In this document: piece by piece, positions 52,501 to 61,614 of the stretch
Numbering within the stretch: position 1 is the first letter of the stretch
Layout of the letters: each line of letters opens with the position of its first letter
NCBI GenBank assembly: GCA_973895155.1
Contig: OZ316893.1
Location: 24,603,520 to 24,667,519, forward strand
Length of the DNA stretch: 64,000 nucleotides
Direction of reading: 5' to 3'
Source of the DNA: Marsupella aquatica
Taxonomy: Eukaryota; Plantae; Marchantiophyta
Notes under the pieces: model-generated
What the model was told of the DNA's origin: nothing
The model's database searches: none
Seen by the model: only the letters and a program-made list of their open reading frames with translations
Made by a program: the position numbers and the translations under genes

Positions 52501-55500
52501 TCATCCTCCTCTGAGTTTGCAGCCTTCAATTGGTCCTCTAGCTCCTTTATCTTGAGCTTTAACAAGGCTAAGTGCTTAGCCTTTAACCTCTGGTCATTAC
52601 TCCTTGTCTTGATCTCAACTTGGGCAGCACCCTTGCTGGTCTGATCAACCTCCTGAGCCATTGTGATAGTGTCTTCTTGGTTGCTCTCCTTGGCTGAGGT
52701 CTCAGCCTGCTTCACCTCCTCGAGACTGGTCACTTCACTGAGACTGGGCAGAGGTGAATGGCTGGTAAGAGCCTCCTGCTCTTGCTCCTCTCCAAACACT
52801 TCTTCTTCAGTCCATTGGCTCACCATGTTCAACATGTATACCTCATCCTCATCAGATTCAGATTTGGTACTCAACTCATCGGAAAGTTCAGAATCATATT
52901 CATCCAACTCATCAGTAGTCTCTCCTTGATGCTTGTCATGACCCCATGAAACTGAAGTGGCTGGTTTGCCAAACCTAAACTCCTTCTTGCCCCAATCAGA
53001 CACTACTTTGGCTCCATATAGCCAAGGCCTCCCAATCAAGATTGGGTAAGTAGATGGCCTTGCTGGTCTCATCACCAAGTAATTCAACAAGAACTCCTGC
53101 CCCCCAATGAGAGTAGGTACTTGAGTAAGTGTCCCCACCGGTAGCACTCTTGCTCCATTTGCTAGCCTCATTGTCCTTGCTGTTGGCTGAAGTTTCTTGA
53201 AACCTAGTTGTTGGGCAGTAGCCTCAATCATGATATTCACACCTGAGCCTCCATCAACTGGTACATACGAGAGTACACACCCATTTACTTGAACATCAAT
53301 CTCAGGTGCTCCAAGGTCTTCACAAACCATCATCACATCAGCTGGGGTACCAACCTTTGGAAGCTTCCTTCTTCTCCTTCCTACCAACATCTCCTTCAGT
53401 TGCCTCCTATACAAAGGGTTGTCTTTGATCAGCTGCCCCACTGTAGCAGTAACCAAACAATCTTTCACATCCTTCTTGATGTCATAAGAGGGTACCTTGC
53501 TGGTCTCTTTCTTCTCTTCCACCTCAGCTTTTTCCTTCAAAGCTTTAGCAACCTTCAGGTCTTTGTTGATGGCCTCTTGATGCTCCTTAGCCTCCATCTC
53601 CTCTAGTTGCCTCTTGACTTCCTCATTCACCTTGGGATAGAAGAGCTTCGGATGGTCTCTCTTGTAGTCACTATCTTCAGCTGGTGGGACTTGAACTTCT
53701 GCTCCAACTTCAACTTCGATTGGTGACTCCGTTGAGTGCTCCTTTCTCTCCTTCCTCTTCTTCCTCTCTTCCACTCTTTCCTTCTTTCTTGTGGACCTGG
53801 TAGACACCTTGTAACACACAGCTTCCTCCTCAGGTGTCTCCATTCCTGGTAGATCTGGCTGGTTCTCCCCACCAGCAACTTGTGTCACTCCATCTTTGGC
53901 CTCCTCTTGCCACTCCATACTCAAGAAGTTCACTGTGGCTTCACCGGGAGCCTTGGCAACCGCTGGTGGTGGTGCTTCTATCCTTCCTATCATCATCTTG
54001 GCAGCAGATCCAATAGGACAGTTGGCTGTGGTATGACCCTCCCTTTTGCACACAGCACAAAGAGGATAGGGAGCTCCTTGTCCCTGCCTCCTTGGTTCGG
54101 GGCAACTGTTGGAATAGTGCCCTGGTTTTTGACAGTTCCAGCAGATCACCACGGTAGTTCTTGCCACTCCCCCAGGTCCTTGAGGTCCCATTTGATCCAC
54201 CATCCTTGGTTGAAGACCAGGCATCAGTTGAGGTGCCATGGGTGGAGCTGGTCTTCCTTGCAAAGTTCTTGGGCCTCCTGAAATCTGGTACACCATCTCC
54301 GGGGCTTCTTCATAGAAGTAGTCCACCACTTCACTTGCTTGATAAACATCGTTGGACTCTTCATTGACATACTGAACTTGATTCCTCCAACCTTGACACT
54401 CTTGAGGTGTATGGCCAAAACTCTTGCACTTGACACACCATACATGGGCTCTATTCACCGGCACTTTTCTCCTATCAGGTTGCACACCAGCAAAGTGAAC
54501 TGATAGGGCCTTGAGTTGGTTGGTGATCTCACTCATCTTGTTATCCATCACCTTCTTCTCCTTGGTTGCTGGTGTAGAACCTTCCACCAAGTTGAAGGTT
54601 GCAGATTTGTGGTGCTTACCACCTGGCTTCTTCTTGCTGGCTCTCCTCTTCTGGTCGCTTTTTCTCTTTGCCTTCTTCTTCTTCTTCTTCTTCTTCTTCT
54701 CGGAGTCCTCCTCAGAATCAGATTCTGAATCAGAACTGGAACTACTCTCCTCAGATTCCGACTCAGAAGTATCCTCAACTGAACTACTTGATTCACTTGA
54801 GCTAGAAGAAGAATCACTATAAGCAAATCGCTTCTTCTTTCTCCTACTCTTGGAACTAGAGATCTCAGCACTCCTATAAGACTGAGCCGCCTCAATGGCC
54901 TCATCCAACGTATTAGGGTGAGATTGCCTTACTGAGACACCCATCTTCTTGGGTAGGCTTGCCACAAACCAAGCCAACAACATGGAGTCTACTGGTCTGG
55001 GGTCAAGCTTGGTAGCTAACCTTTGAAACCTTTGCAGAAACCTCCTTACTGACTCCTTGGATCCCATTCTGATCTCTCCCATCTTGATCAGAGCTTCCGA
55101 TTCTTCTCCCACCTTCCTAAACTCCTGCAAGAATGCTAGCTTGAAGGCATCCCAATCATTCTTGATGGCATTTGATAGGCTATTGAACCAAGGTCTTGCT
55201 TCTCCTCTCAAGACCCCCGCCAAAGTGGTCAACTTAATATCAAACTCTCCATTGGCTTGGGCTGTCCCAATGAAGTCCTCCAACCAAGCATCAGGATCCT
55301 CCTTGGGCTTGCCATGGAATGTCTTGTACTGAAATCTTGCTCTTTGAGTCACCACCATGGCTGCTTCTTGATCTTCACTTGTGTTGGTAGTGGAAGAAGA
55401 TGTATCACTCCACCCTACACCAGGTTCCGCTTCAGCTTGCAAATGAATGTCCACCCAATCTGGTTGCTCCAACTGGTCACCAAAGTTGAAACTAAGAGAG

Positions 55501-55535
55501 GCTTCTTTTAGTGCTTGACTCCTTGTAGTGGGCAT
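49557..55535 (-). CDS. gag-pol: Gag-Pol polyprotein (gag, 3 CCHC knuckles, protease, RT, RNase H, integrase)
   Basis: Single uninterrupted ORF (open from 55625; first ATG at 55535). Motifs EDPDAWL, CVKC/CWNC/CAVC knuckles, VDGGSGVN, FLDGYSGYNQ, FIDDF, YVDVSG, GHY..CDPC, IDFIGP, SDRGTHF, GLTERAN. No chromodomain. Confidence 0.97.
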   Translation of the reverse strand: MPTTRSQALKEASLSFNFGDQLEQPDWVDIHLQAEAEPGVGWSDTSSSTTNTSEDQEAAMVVTQRARFQYKTFHGKPKEDPDAWLEDFIGTAQANGEFDIKLTTLAGVLRGEARPWFNSLSNAIKNDWDAFKLAFLQEFRKVGEESEALIKMGEIRMGSKESVRRFLQRFQRLATKLDPRPVDSMLLAWFVASLPKKMGVSVRQSHPNTLDEAIEAAQSYRSAEISSSKSRRKKKRFAYSDSSSSSSESSSSVEDTSESESEESSSSSDSESDSEEDSEKKKKKKKKKAKRKSDQKRRASKKKPGGKHHKSATFNLVEGSTPATKEKKVMDNKMSEITNQLKALSVHFAGVQPDRRKVPVNRAHVWCVKCKSFGHTPQECQGWRNQVQYVNEESNDVYQASEVVDYFYEEAPEMVYQISGGPRTLQGRPAPPMAPQLMPGLQPRMVDQMGPQGPGGVARTTVVICWNCQKPGHYSNSCPEPRRQGQGAPYPLCAVCKREGHTTANCPIGSAAKMMIGRIEAPPPAVAKAPGEATVNFLSMEWQEEAKDGVTQVAGGENQPDLPGMETPEEEAVCYKVSTRSTRKKERVEERKKRKERKEHSTESPIEVEVGAEVQVPPAEDSDYKRDHPKLFYPKVNEEVKRQLEEMEAKEHQEAINKDLKVAKALKEKAEVEEKKETSKVPSYDIKKDVKDCLVTATVGQLIKDNPLYRRQLKEMLVGRRRRKLPKVGTPADVMMVCEDLGAPEIDVQVNGCVLSYVPVDGGSGVNIMIEATAQQLGFKKLQPTARTMRLANGARVLPVGTLTQVPTLIGGQEFLLNYLVMRPARPSTYPILIGRPWLYGAKVVSDWGKKEFRFGKPATSVSWGHDKHQGETTDELDEYDSELSDELSTKSESDEDEVYMLNMVSQWTEEEVFGEEQEQEALTSHSPLPSLSEVTSLEEVKQAETSAKESNQEDTITMAQEVDQTSKGAAQVEIKTRSNDQRLKAKHLALLKLKIKELEDQLKAANSEEDETQEDQHSSKEKEELSAENAPVYGGMRLAQLEGTFDSTMRNKMEVIRAEQYRTISVQQDKTFNLGNALGSGEEKTIQDLLGEYVDVFAWSHLDLTGVNPELGEHRIDLMLGASPVRQRQYRMNPKYSLMVKEEIDKLLEAGFIYPVLNSEWVSPIVIVPKKPGLDGKPKIRVCQDFRKLNEATKKDHYPIPFTDMVLDLVAGWEVYSFLDGYSGYNQIWIRKEDQLKTAFTTEWGIYAFRRMPFGLCNAPGMFQRLMMNIFHDYLRKFLEVFIDDFAVFGRGKDHVEHLRMTFQRCREVGLKLHPGKCFFGVEEGILLGHKVSKKGIEVDQEKVAVWMAVKFPTSVTELRGFLGCLNYYRRFIKDFAKVALPLTSMLKKGAEVEPSVERLASFQELKNRLVEAPILIAPDWSREFHVYVDVSGFCIGVVLSQLDDQNRDHPIYFASRLLAPAEKNYSPTDREALGIIYSCKKFRHYLLGYKVVFHTDHNALKYMVNKPDVTGRVARWILLLQEFDYEVRVRPGKKHGNADFFSRIEGEEDLKEVDDQFPDEDLFHVGSGGDTWYLDIIQFLLTTRLPRDLNQEEAAVFLRKIRPYLLVKGVLHKEGVDGRLRRCLEKKEISIVMRAMHEEEAGGHYASATTARKILDAGYWWPTLHKDVSLFVRGCDPCQRTGKPAHSRHHPLTTILPLAPFEKWGIDFIGPITPVTRSRRNRYILLATDYATKWVEARPTSKDNALTVARFMYQQIFTRFGPPLELVSDRGTHFLNEVVEELTNHYLIKHRKTTPYHPKANGLTERANGIIGKILNKTVAAHKTDWDDKLYSAVYSYNLAFKTTTGHSPFYLVFGQHSLVPVEFEVPTLRVSVEERMEADQSLMERAYQLEELEEIREEASKQVKKKQAQVKQHHDKKLKKPTSLLVGQLVLLYDSRYAHFPGKLHTRWLGPYVVHQVYANGSIQLATLEGEVFPTRVHHDRLKRYFNQE

Positions 55536-55640
55536 GCCACTCACAATCACCTTCTTATCTCCCTTCTTCTCTTGAACAGCAAACCTGCAAACACACCTCC
55601 AAGTCTTGTGGCTCCACTCCAACAAAAACTGTAAAGAGTT

Positions 55641-55659
55641 GTCCCCGGCAGCGGCGCCA
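55641..55659 (-). promoter_or_regulatory. Primer binding site (tRNA-Asp-type TGGCGCCGCTGCCGGGGAC)
   Basis: Classic Athila-type PBS, located 20 nt inside the 5' LTR end. Confidence 0.85.
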
Positions 55660-55679
55660 AAAACAAGGGTGGGACTCTA

Positions 55680-58600
55680 TGTCAAACACTTGCCAAGGAG
55701 CTTAAGCGGCTTTTCTCCCCAAAAGACTACCTAATACCTGCTCCATGTCATACCAGGGTCACAAAGGATTGACAAAACTTCTGAAGTGTGCTTACAATGT
55801 CCAATCACTCCATACATAAGTAGTTTCAACTCTCCACTTCTAGAGAGGTAGTCCCCTTGACTACTTTTGTACTCACCCCTTCCCCTCTCCTCTACTCCAA
55901 GGATCAGCAAGGGGGATCTCCGCTCCAAGCTGTCACCTTAGAGTAGATTCTCACACAAACACCCAAGAACCCAAAGTACTTTCCTCTTCAAGCTTAAGTC
56001 TCCTCAAGACCCTCAAAGTAGTGTTACCCCTCAACCTTGCCCCCCTGGCCTTGGTTTGGGTCCACACATCCCCTTTGAGCCCTAGAGAAGGCTCCTCTAT
56101 CTAAGGACTCTTCCTCTTGTTCTTACTTCTTGTTAACACCACACACCAAGCAAAGTACTTTCCACCCTCAAGCTATAATCCTCTCTAAGTCTCAAAGTAA
56201 TGCTATACCTTAACCTTGCCTCCTTGGCCTTGGTTTTGTACTAGCACATCCCCTTCAAGCTTAGACCAAGATTATACCATAGCATGGACTCTTCTCTTGC
56301 TCTCATATACTTCAAATGCACTCACACTTAATGGTCACAATGAAGATTGGTAAGTCTCCTTTTATTGCATCACCTTTACAACAAAAGTTCACTACACATT
56401 CTCCACACTAAGCATGGACCACCTCTCCTTTCTCAAGCTTAGCCCTACCTTGGCAAGGTAGAGATTTCACTTAAGAGATGAGACTCCCGGTCCCTAACAA
56501 ATGAAAACTTCCTCCTTATATACTATCTCCTTCCACATCACACCAAGCTTGACCTGGGGTCCAACTATACCTCCCCCAAGTCCTCCTAACACACAAAGTC
56601 CAACTCTATAGTTCATAGCCCACCCTACTACTTGCTATTTTGCCTCCTTCCAAGCCCTGGAATATGCCACACATGAGTGGTATGCTTTGACTTCCAAACC
56701 TACTCCCACTTATGGTCCTCCTCACCAGCTTACCAACCCACTTGAAAGCTCGCAAAAAGAGTGAGTGAGTCTCAAGTTGTGCCTAGTCAAAGTTGGCCTT
56801 ATTTTACTTGTAACCCCTTTACTACCCTAAGTAAACTACCCCCTATATTTACTTTTCTTAACTTGATGGCCTTACACCTTTGGCCAAAGGTAAGTACCCT
56901 TCTCTAGAGCCTAACTCAAGTGGTATGGGTGCAAGAAAGGTCAGCCCCTAAATCTGGTATTCATTCCCCTATGCCGACTTTGGTTTGCAAGTTGTCGGGA
57001 CTCCCTCGTGGCCTCGGTTAAAAATATATTTGAGTGATTACTTTTCTGGGGTTCCACCTTCACCAGGGGGTGCCTTATCTTCCCCTAACTCAGCACAAAA
57101 AAATTTGGGCCCCAACGGATACCTCTAGCCAAAGTTATGCCCATTCTCCCAAGGCCTGTTTTTGGTGTAAAGCGGGTGTAAGCGGCGGCCCGATTACACT
57201 TACCTTATATGCCCCTTATGGGGATTCCACGTGTCATGAGGGGAGAGCACTCTCATTATACTCATGTTTCTTATGAAGAAATTGTAAGGACAGCAATGTT
57301 TGCAGCCATTTCTCTCTCGTGAATTCAATCTAAAACCACAGCATTCTCTATTGGATTCTTTCTTGTGCAGCAGTCCAGCTGATCAGCCGCCAGCCCCTCA
57401 ATTTCACAGCCACCATAGCTCACAGCCAGCCTAGTCAATTTCGCAGCTAGCCCACCTCTTCAATTTTGCCGCTAGCAACACAGTCAATTTCGCAGCTAGC
57501 AGCACAGTCAATTTCGCAGCTAGCAGCACAGTCACATCAGCGCATTTACAGCACAACAACAGCAGATTTGAAGCACAGCAGCAGCAACCATAGCTTGATT
57601 CCTTCTCAGTCAAGCAGGTCTCTCTTCTCAATTTCGTAGCTGCCCACCTTTGCAATTTCGCAGCTAGCAGCAGCATCATTCAATTCAGCAGCATCAAGGC
57701 AGCAGCCAGCCAATTCTCATGAGCATCTCGTGCCTGATTAGTAGGAGCACCTCTAATCTAGTGTGCAGCTGTCATAGCAGCAAGCAGCCTTCCCAATTCA
57801 AAGCCAGCAGCGATCCTAATTTGCAGCCATAGCTCTTTTCCTTCTCAGCAGCCATAGCTTCTTCAATCAGCAACAGCCCTTGCTTCTTCAATCAGCAGCA
57901 GCCATTTCAATTCAGCCGCCCTTCCTTCAATTCAGCCGCCCTTGTGCTCAATTGATTCCTCAAGTAATCATGCAGCACCTTTGGACAGCCTCCCGGTGCT
58001 TGACGTCCTCACCAGCCTCGTGCTTGCTCCTCCTTGCCTCGTGCTCGCTCCTCCTTGCCTCGTGCTCGCCGCGTGATCGTCGCCCACGCGGTTTACACTT
58101 AGAAAAAAATACATTTTTTTTTTGGAAAAACAGCATTTTGGGGCGATTTTGGACCCCCCTCCAAAACTCACACATAAGTCCAAAAGGACTTCTGAGTAGC
58201 TCCACTGATTCTATGGACATAGGACTATGTCCGGGTTTACTAAGATATAAACAAAACCCTATAACAACTTTTCTAAAATTAGGCAAAGAGGGTCAAGTCT
58301 TTATGTCTTCCAAAATTCTTCTCAACTTTGAGATGCTCCCAAAAAGTAACCAAGTGTGACAAAGTTGTCCCACAAGTTTCTAGGGATAGAGGGGACCATA
58401 CTTAACCCACTTCCAAACTTGGAACCCCTACATTTACCCATCAGCTATTTTTCCCGGGACCCGCTATTTGGTAACTTTGATTTTTGCCAAAATACTTATA
58501 ACTCCTAGGTTAAGACCCCACTTGACTTCATACTTTTTCAGGGTTCCCTAGGGACCTCCCAGCACCCATGGGAGAAATATCAGCCAAAAATAAGATGTCC

Positions 58601-58867
58601 GGTGTCGGGTCATTTTTCGGTCCCGACTTAGTCGCCTATTATAACTAAGGACGGACTAGTTTCCTGCCCCTCCTATAGTAACTTGCTTACCCCTAGATAA
58701 CTTTGCATAACTAAATTCCCTCTTACCTCTACTAAGCTTCCCTTCTTACTTAAGTGCCCTAAACCTAGCTACTCTGATAGCACTAAAACTTTTTCCCTAA
58801 CTATTTCCTCTTCTAAACGAAAGAATGTCATGTTTCTCTACACTAGCTGACACTGAGCCATCCCACA
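55680..58867 (-). repeat. 5' LTR (3188 bp)
   Basis: Copy of 46329-49516; all six-frame ORF translations in the two LTRs are identical. Confidence 0.97.
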
Positions 58868-60163
58868 AACACATTATGGGACATGACATAAAAGCGAATG
58901 TCTCCCTTCCCAAACTTGCGGCAGGCTTTGGGATATGACTTAGTAATGACATGAGTGGTGTCCTCTGTTATATTCTCCTCCACTATCCCACCTAGGTCAA
59001 GCACTGTGGACTTGTACACTTTGCACTTAACCTCTCCAATTCCCGCCTCCACAAATACCATGCTCAGCCCTTTCAGAATGGGGGTTGGTTGCTTCGTCTC
59101 CTCAGCCAACATACTCTTCAGCCTTGTAGAGCTCTGTCCTTTGTTGAGTACAGGTCCATATTGGAGATCAGCAAGCCGTGCCTTTGCTTCCCAGACTTCT
59201 TGTTCAGCCCAAGCTGATGCAGTAGCTTCTTCATCCTCCCACAACTCATATTGCTCAGTATCCTGTACAATCTTATGTGCTATGGAATCTGTGATCCAAG
59301 AGGCCTCAACTACTTTTAGGCCTTGCTTAGTAATTGCAGAATTCATGTAGGACCATGACCACTTCTTTATCACTGATAGCCATGTCCCTGCAACAACATG
59401 TGTAGTCTCTGGAGTGATGTCCTGAACTACAGTGCCATGGAGCTCAGAGAATCGTTTCTATACAGTTGGCCAATGCACTTTGGTCAACCCATGCTGGCCA
59501 TGGACCAAAATCGCTCTGACCCCTGTAAACACTGCTGGGTGGTCACATTTTCTACGTTTACCAGGCTCCATGTACACACACCCTACGTGATGACAGTGAA
59601 TTTTGGAAGAATGGGTTCACCTGACAATACAAGGACAACAAAATTCCTGCTTTTTGAGTTGATCTGGCCCACTGGTGCTCAGGTCCGATTTTGATAGGTA
59701 CAAGGGATATGTGAACAATACGTACTAGGCACCTGCACGGATGCAGGACATTGTTTGAATATATACTACAAAATCCATATCCGTGGTGAAATGAAGTGCA
59801 ACCAACTTGTCATGGCACATACATATTTTGTTGTAAAGGAGGATACATTCAATGACAAACTTATAGGGCAATTTGATTAATTGCATGCCTGATAATTTAT
59901 ACGCTTACAACTTAGAAGTCCTGTTTTAATTTAGCAGTCTGATGAAAGTGTTTATGAAAATGACCACTCAGCCTAAATACTTCCAAGAAGGCTTGTAAGG
60001 ATAAGTTTGTATAGGCATGTACCCAGCCACTGACGCCAGAGCACAAGATAAGTGCTGCCTATATAAACTCGCCTACCCAACTCCTTTTCAAAATTGGAAT
60101 CTCTGCAATCTCAAAAAATAGTACATCCACATCAGGTGCACTGTGCATGTACAATGTTCAGCT

Positions 60164-60844
60164 TCACAGCCAAGATATGTGATCTCTCACAGGAGTGCGC
60201 GAGGTAGGATCAATGGCATGGCGATGACAATAAAATATCCATCGATCAACACCATGTGCAGAGTGATCATAGATTTCTCTGTCACAAGCATAACCCTCTG
60301 CTTGATGATCTTTCAGGCAATGATAGTGCCACATAGTGGGACACCTAGCACAGTGGACTATGTCAGTCCAGTAGTCATCATCATGCTCACCACATGCCTT
60401 GCACCTATGAAGTGGGCAAGCTATGGCATGAGCAGGCAAACACTCAAAACAGAAAAATCTCACACAAAAACGGTCTGGACATTTCCTAACATTTGCTGCA
60501 GCATCAACAGAGCCCTCATAGGACCCCAACTTCCCACACTGTGCACACTTAGCCTGCTTCTCCAAACAATCAGTGCACATCCAGTCTCCCTGGTGTGTTG
60601 ACGGGAGGCCCACCCCTGGACAGTTGTTTTCTGCAGCAAGGTCAGACTCCGGGTTGAGGTGGAAATGCCTCATGCAAGGGCCCTCACAAATGACCAGGCC
60701 CCCACCATCGTCACAAATGGCACAACAATGAGCTGCCTTCTGGAAAATCTGACTTGCAGAGAAGTTAGTAGCATCTGCCCCAAGTACACCTGTGTTTCTC
60801 ACCTCTGTCACACGCTTTTTGGCTTGAATTTTAGGCCGTGCCAT
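60164..60844 (-). CDS. Stand-alone EDM2-type triple-PHD-finger protein
   Basis: Intact 226-aa ORF. CAICDDGGGLVICEGPCMRHFH..WMCTDC..CAQCGKLGS..ACPLHRCKAC..CARCPTMWHYHCL..IFYCHRHAIDP..TPVRDHI follows the recalled EDM2 PHD cassette (CAICDNGG..CEGSCLRSFH..CPLHKC..CRRCPKSYHRKCL..IYCQEHEID..TPVRDH). Confidence 0.85.
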   Translation of the reverse strand: MARPKIQAKKRVTEVRNTGVLGADATNFSASQIFQKAAHCCAICDDGGGLVICEGPCMRHFHLNPESDLAAENNCPGVGLPSTHQGDWMCTDCLEKQAKCAQCGKLGSYEGSVDAAANVRKCPDRFCVRFFCFECLPAHAIACPLHRCKACGEHDDDYWTDIVHCARCPTMWHYHCLKDHQAEGYACDREIYDHSAHGVDRWIFYCHRHAIDPTSRTPVRDHISWL

Positions 60845-60855
60845 GCCTGCGCATG

Positions 60856-60999
60856 AGATAGACTCTACAATTTAGCAGACTGCACAGAAAGTAAAATATA
60901 TTTAGCATTTAAGGTACAAAGGCATTTAGATAGACTCTACAATTTAGCAGACTGCACAGAAAGTAAAATATATTTAGCATTTAAGGTACAAAGGCATTT
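60856..60999. repeat. Perfect 72-bp tandem duplication
   Basis: AGATAGACTC...GGCATTT at 60856-60927 and 60928-60999. Confidence 0.95.
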
Positions 61000-61614
61000 G
61001 CTACTGCAATGAATTGGAATGGCCACACAAGGATGCAGAGCACACATACTTTTGGTATGTTGAACCCACACACAAAACTGATCCCCTAATACAATTTCTC
61101 CACCAACACCTCAATTTTAATTGTGGCTATGATTCACCAAAGGAGATCTGCAACAACATTTCATGCATTTGAATCACATACAATAGTCGTGACATGTAAA
61201 ACAGGCATTCTTCGAAGAGGATTGGTATGAAGCAGTGTCATAAGGGTTGAAATTTATACATCCTAAATAGGTTATGATAGTGGCTGAGACAAATAAGTGA
61301 GGCATAAATCATTTTGCATATTATCACATGGCCCATACATTCATTCAACGTTGCAATGTTCACCAGGTTAAAGCAGTCATGAAAGCAGTCTTTCAATAGA
61401 GACTTTTATGCGAGTTTGCTAGCCTCTTAAATTAGGATATTTTGCTTAGTGTAGGCATAATAGGATATAAGTTATGTACTGTTGACCCTAAACCCTGGAC
61501 CCAAAATTGCTCATACATCAAAATTTTAAGTAAATATCCTCTGTGTTGAAGTCAGAGTGTTAAGCTATAGGTCAATGGTATCTGGTCTGTGCATGCGGTG
61601 TGACAAGTGGTCCT

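Larger units (their letters stand above)
46329..58867 (-). mobile_element. Full-length Ty3/gypsy (Athila/OTA-like, non-chromovirus) LTR retrotransposon
   Basis: TG..CA LTRs at 46329-49516 and 55680-58867 (3188 bp each), 5-bp TSD AACAC (46324-46328, 58868-58872), tRNA-Asp-type PBS (55641-55659), PPT (~49517-49530) and an intact polyprotein. Confidence 0.98.
46155..59571 (-). pseudogene. Tandem-BRCT protein gene (Pol-lambda-like BRCTs), split by an LTR retrotransposon
   Basis: Joining 59571-58868 to 46323-46155 (dropping one TSD copy) gives MEPGKRR..VFTGVRAILV..TV*KRFSELHGTVVQDITPETTHVV..VVEASWITDSI..ILKGLSMVFVEAGIG..LGGIVEENITEDTTHVI..HNVF|VVSYAWLVESVAAGKRQNPMDY..ESE*. This is two BRCT repeats with one TAG at 59458-59460. 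Confidence 0.85.

Noticed and set aside
58843-58867. C-terminus VGWLSVS* of the 176-aa ORF
   Set aside because: It is LTR sequence; the real BRCT frame resumes at 46323.
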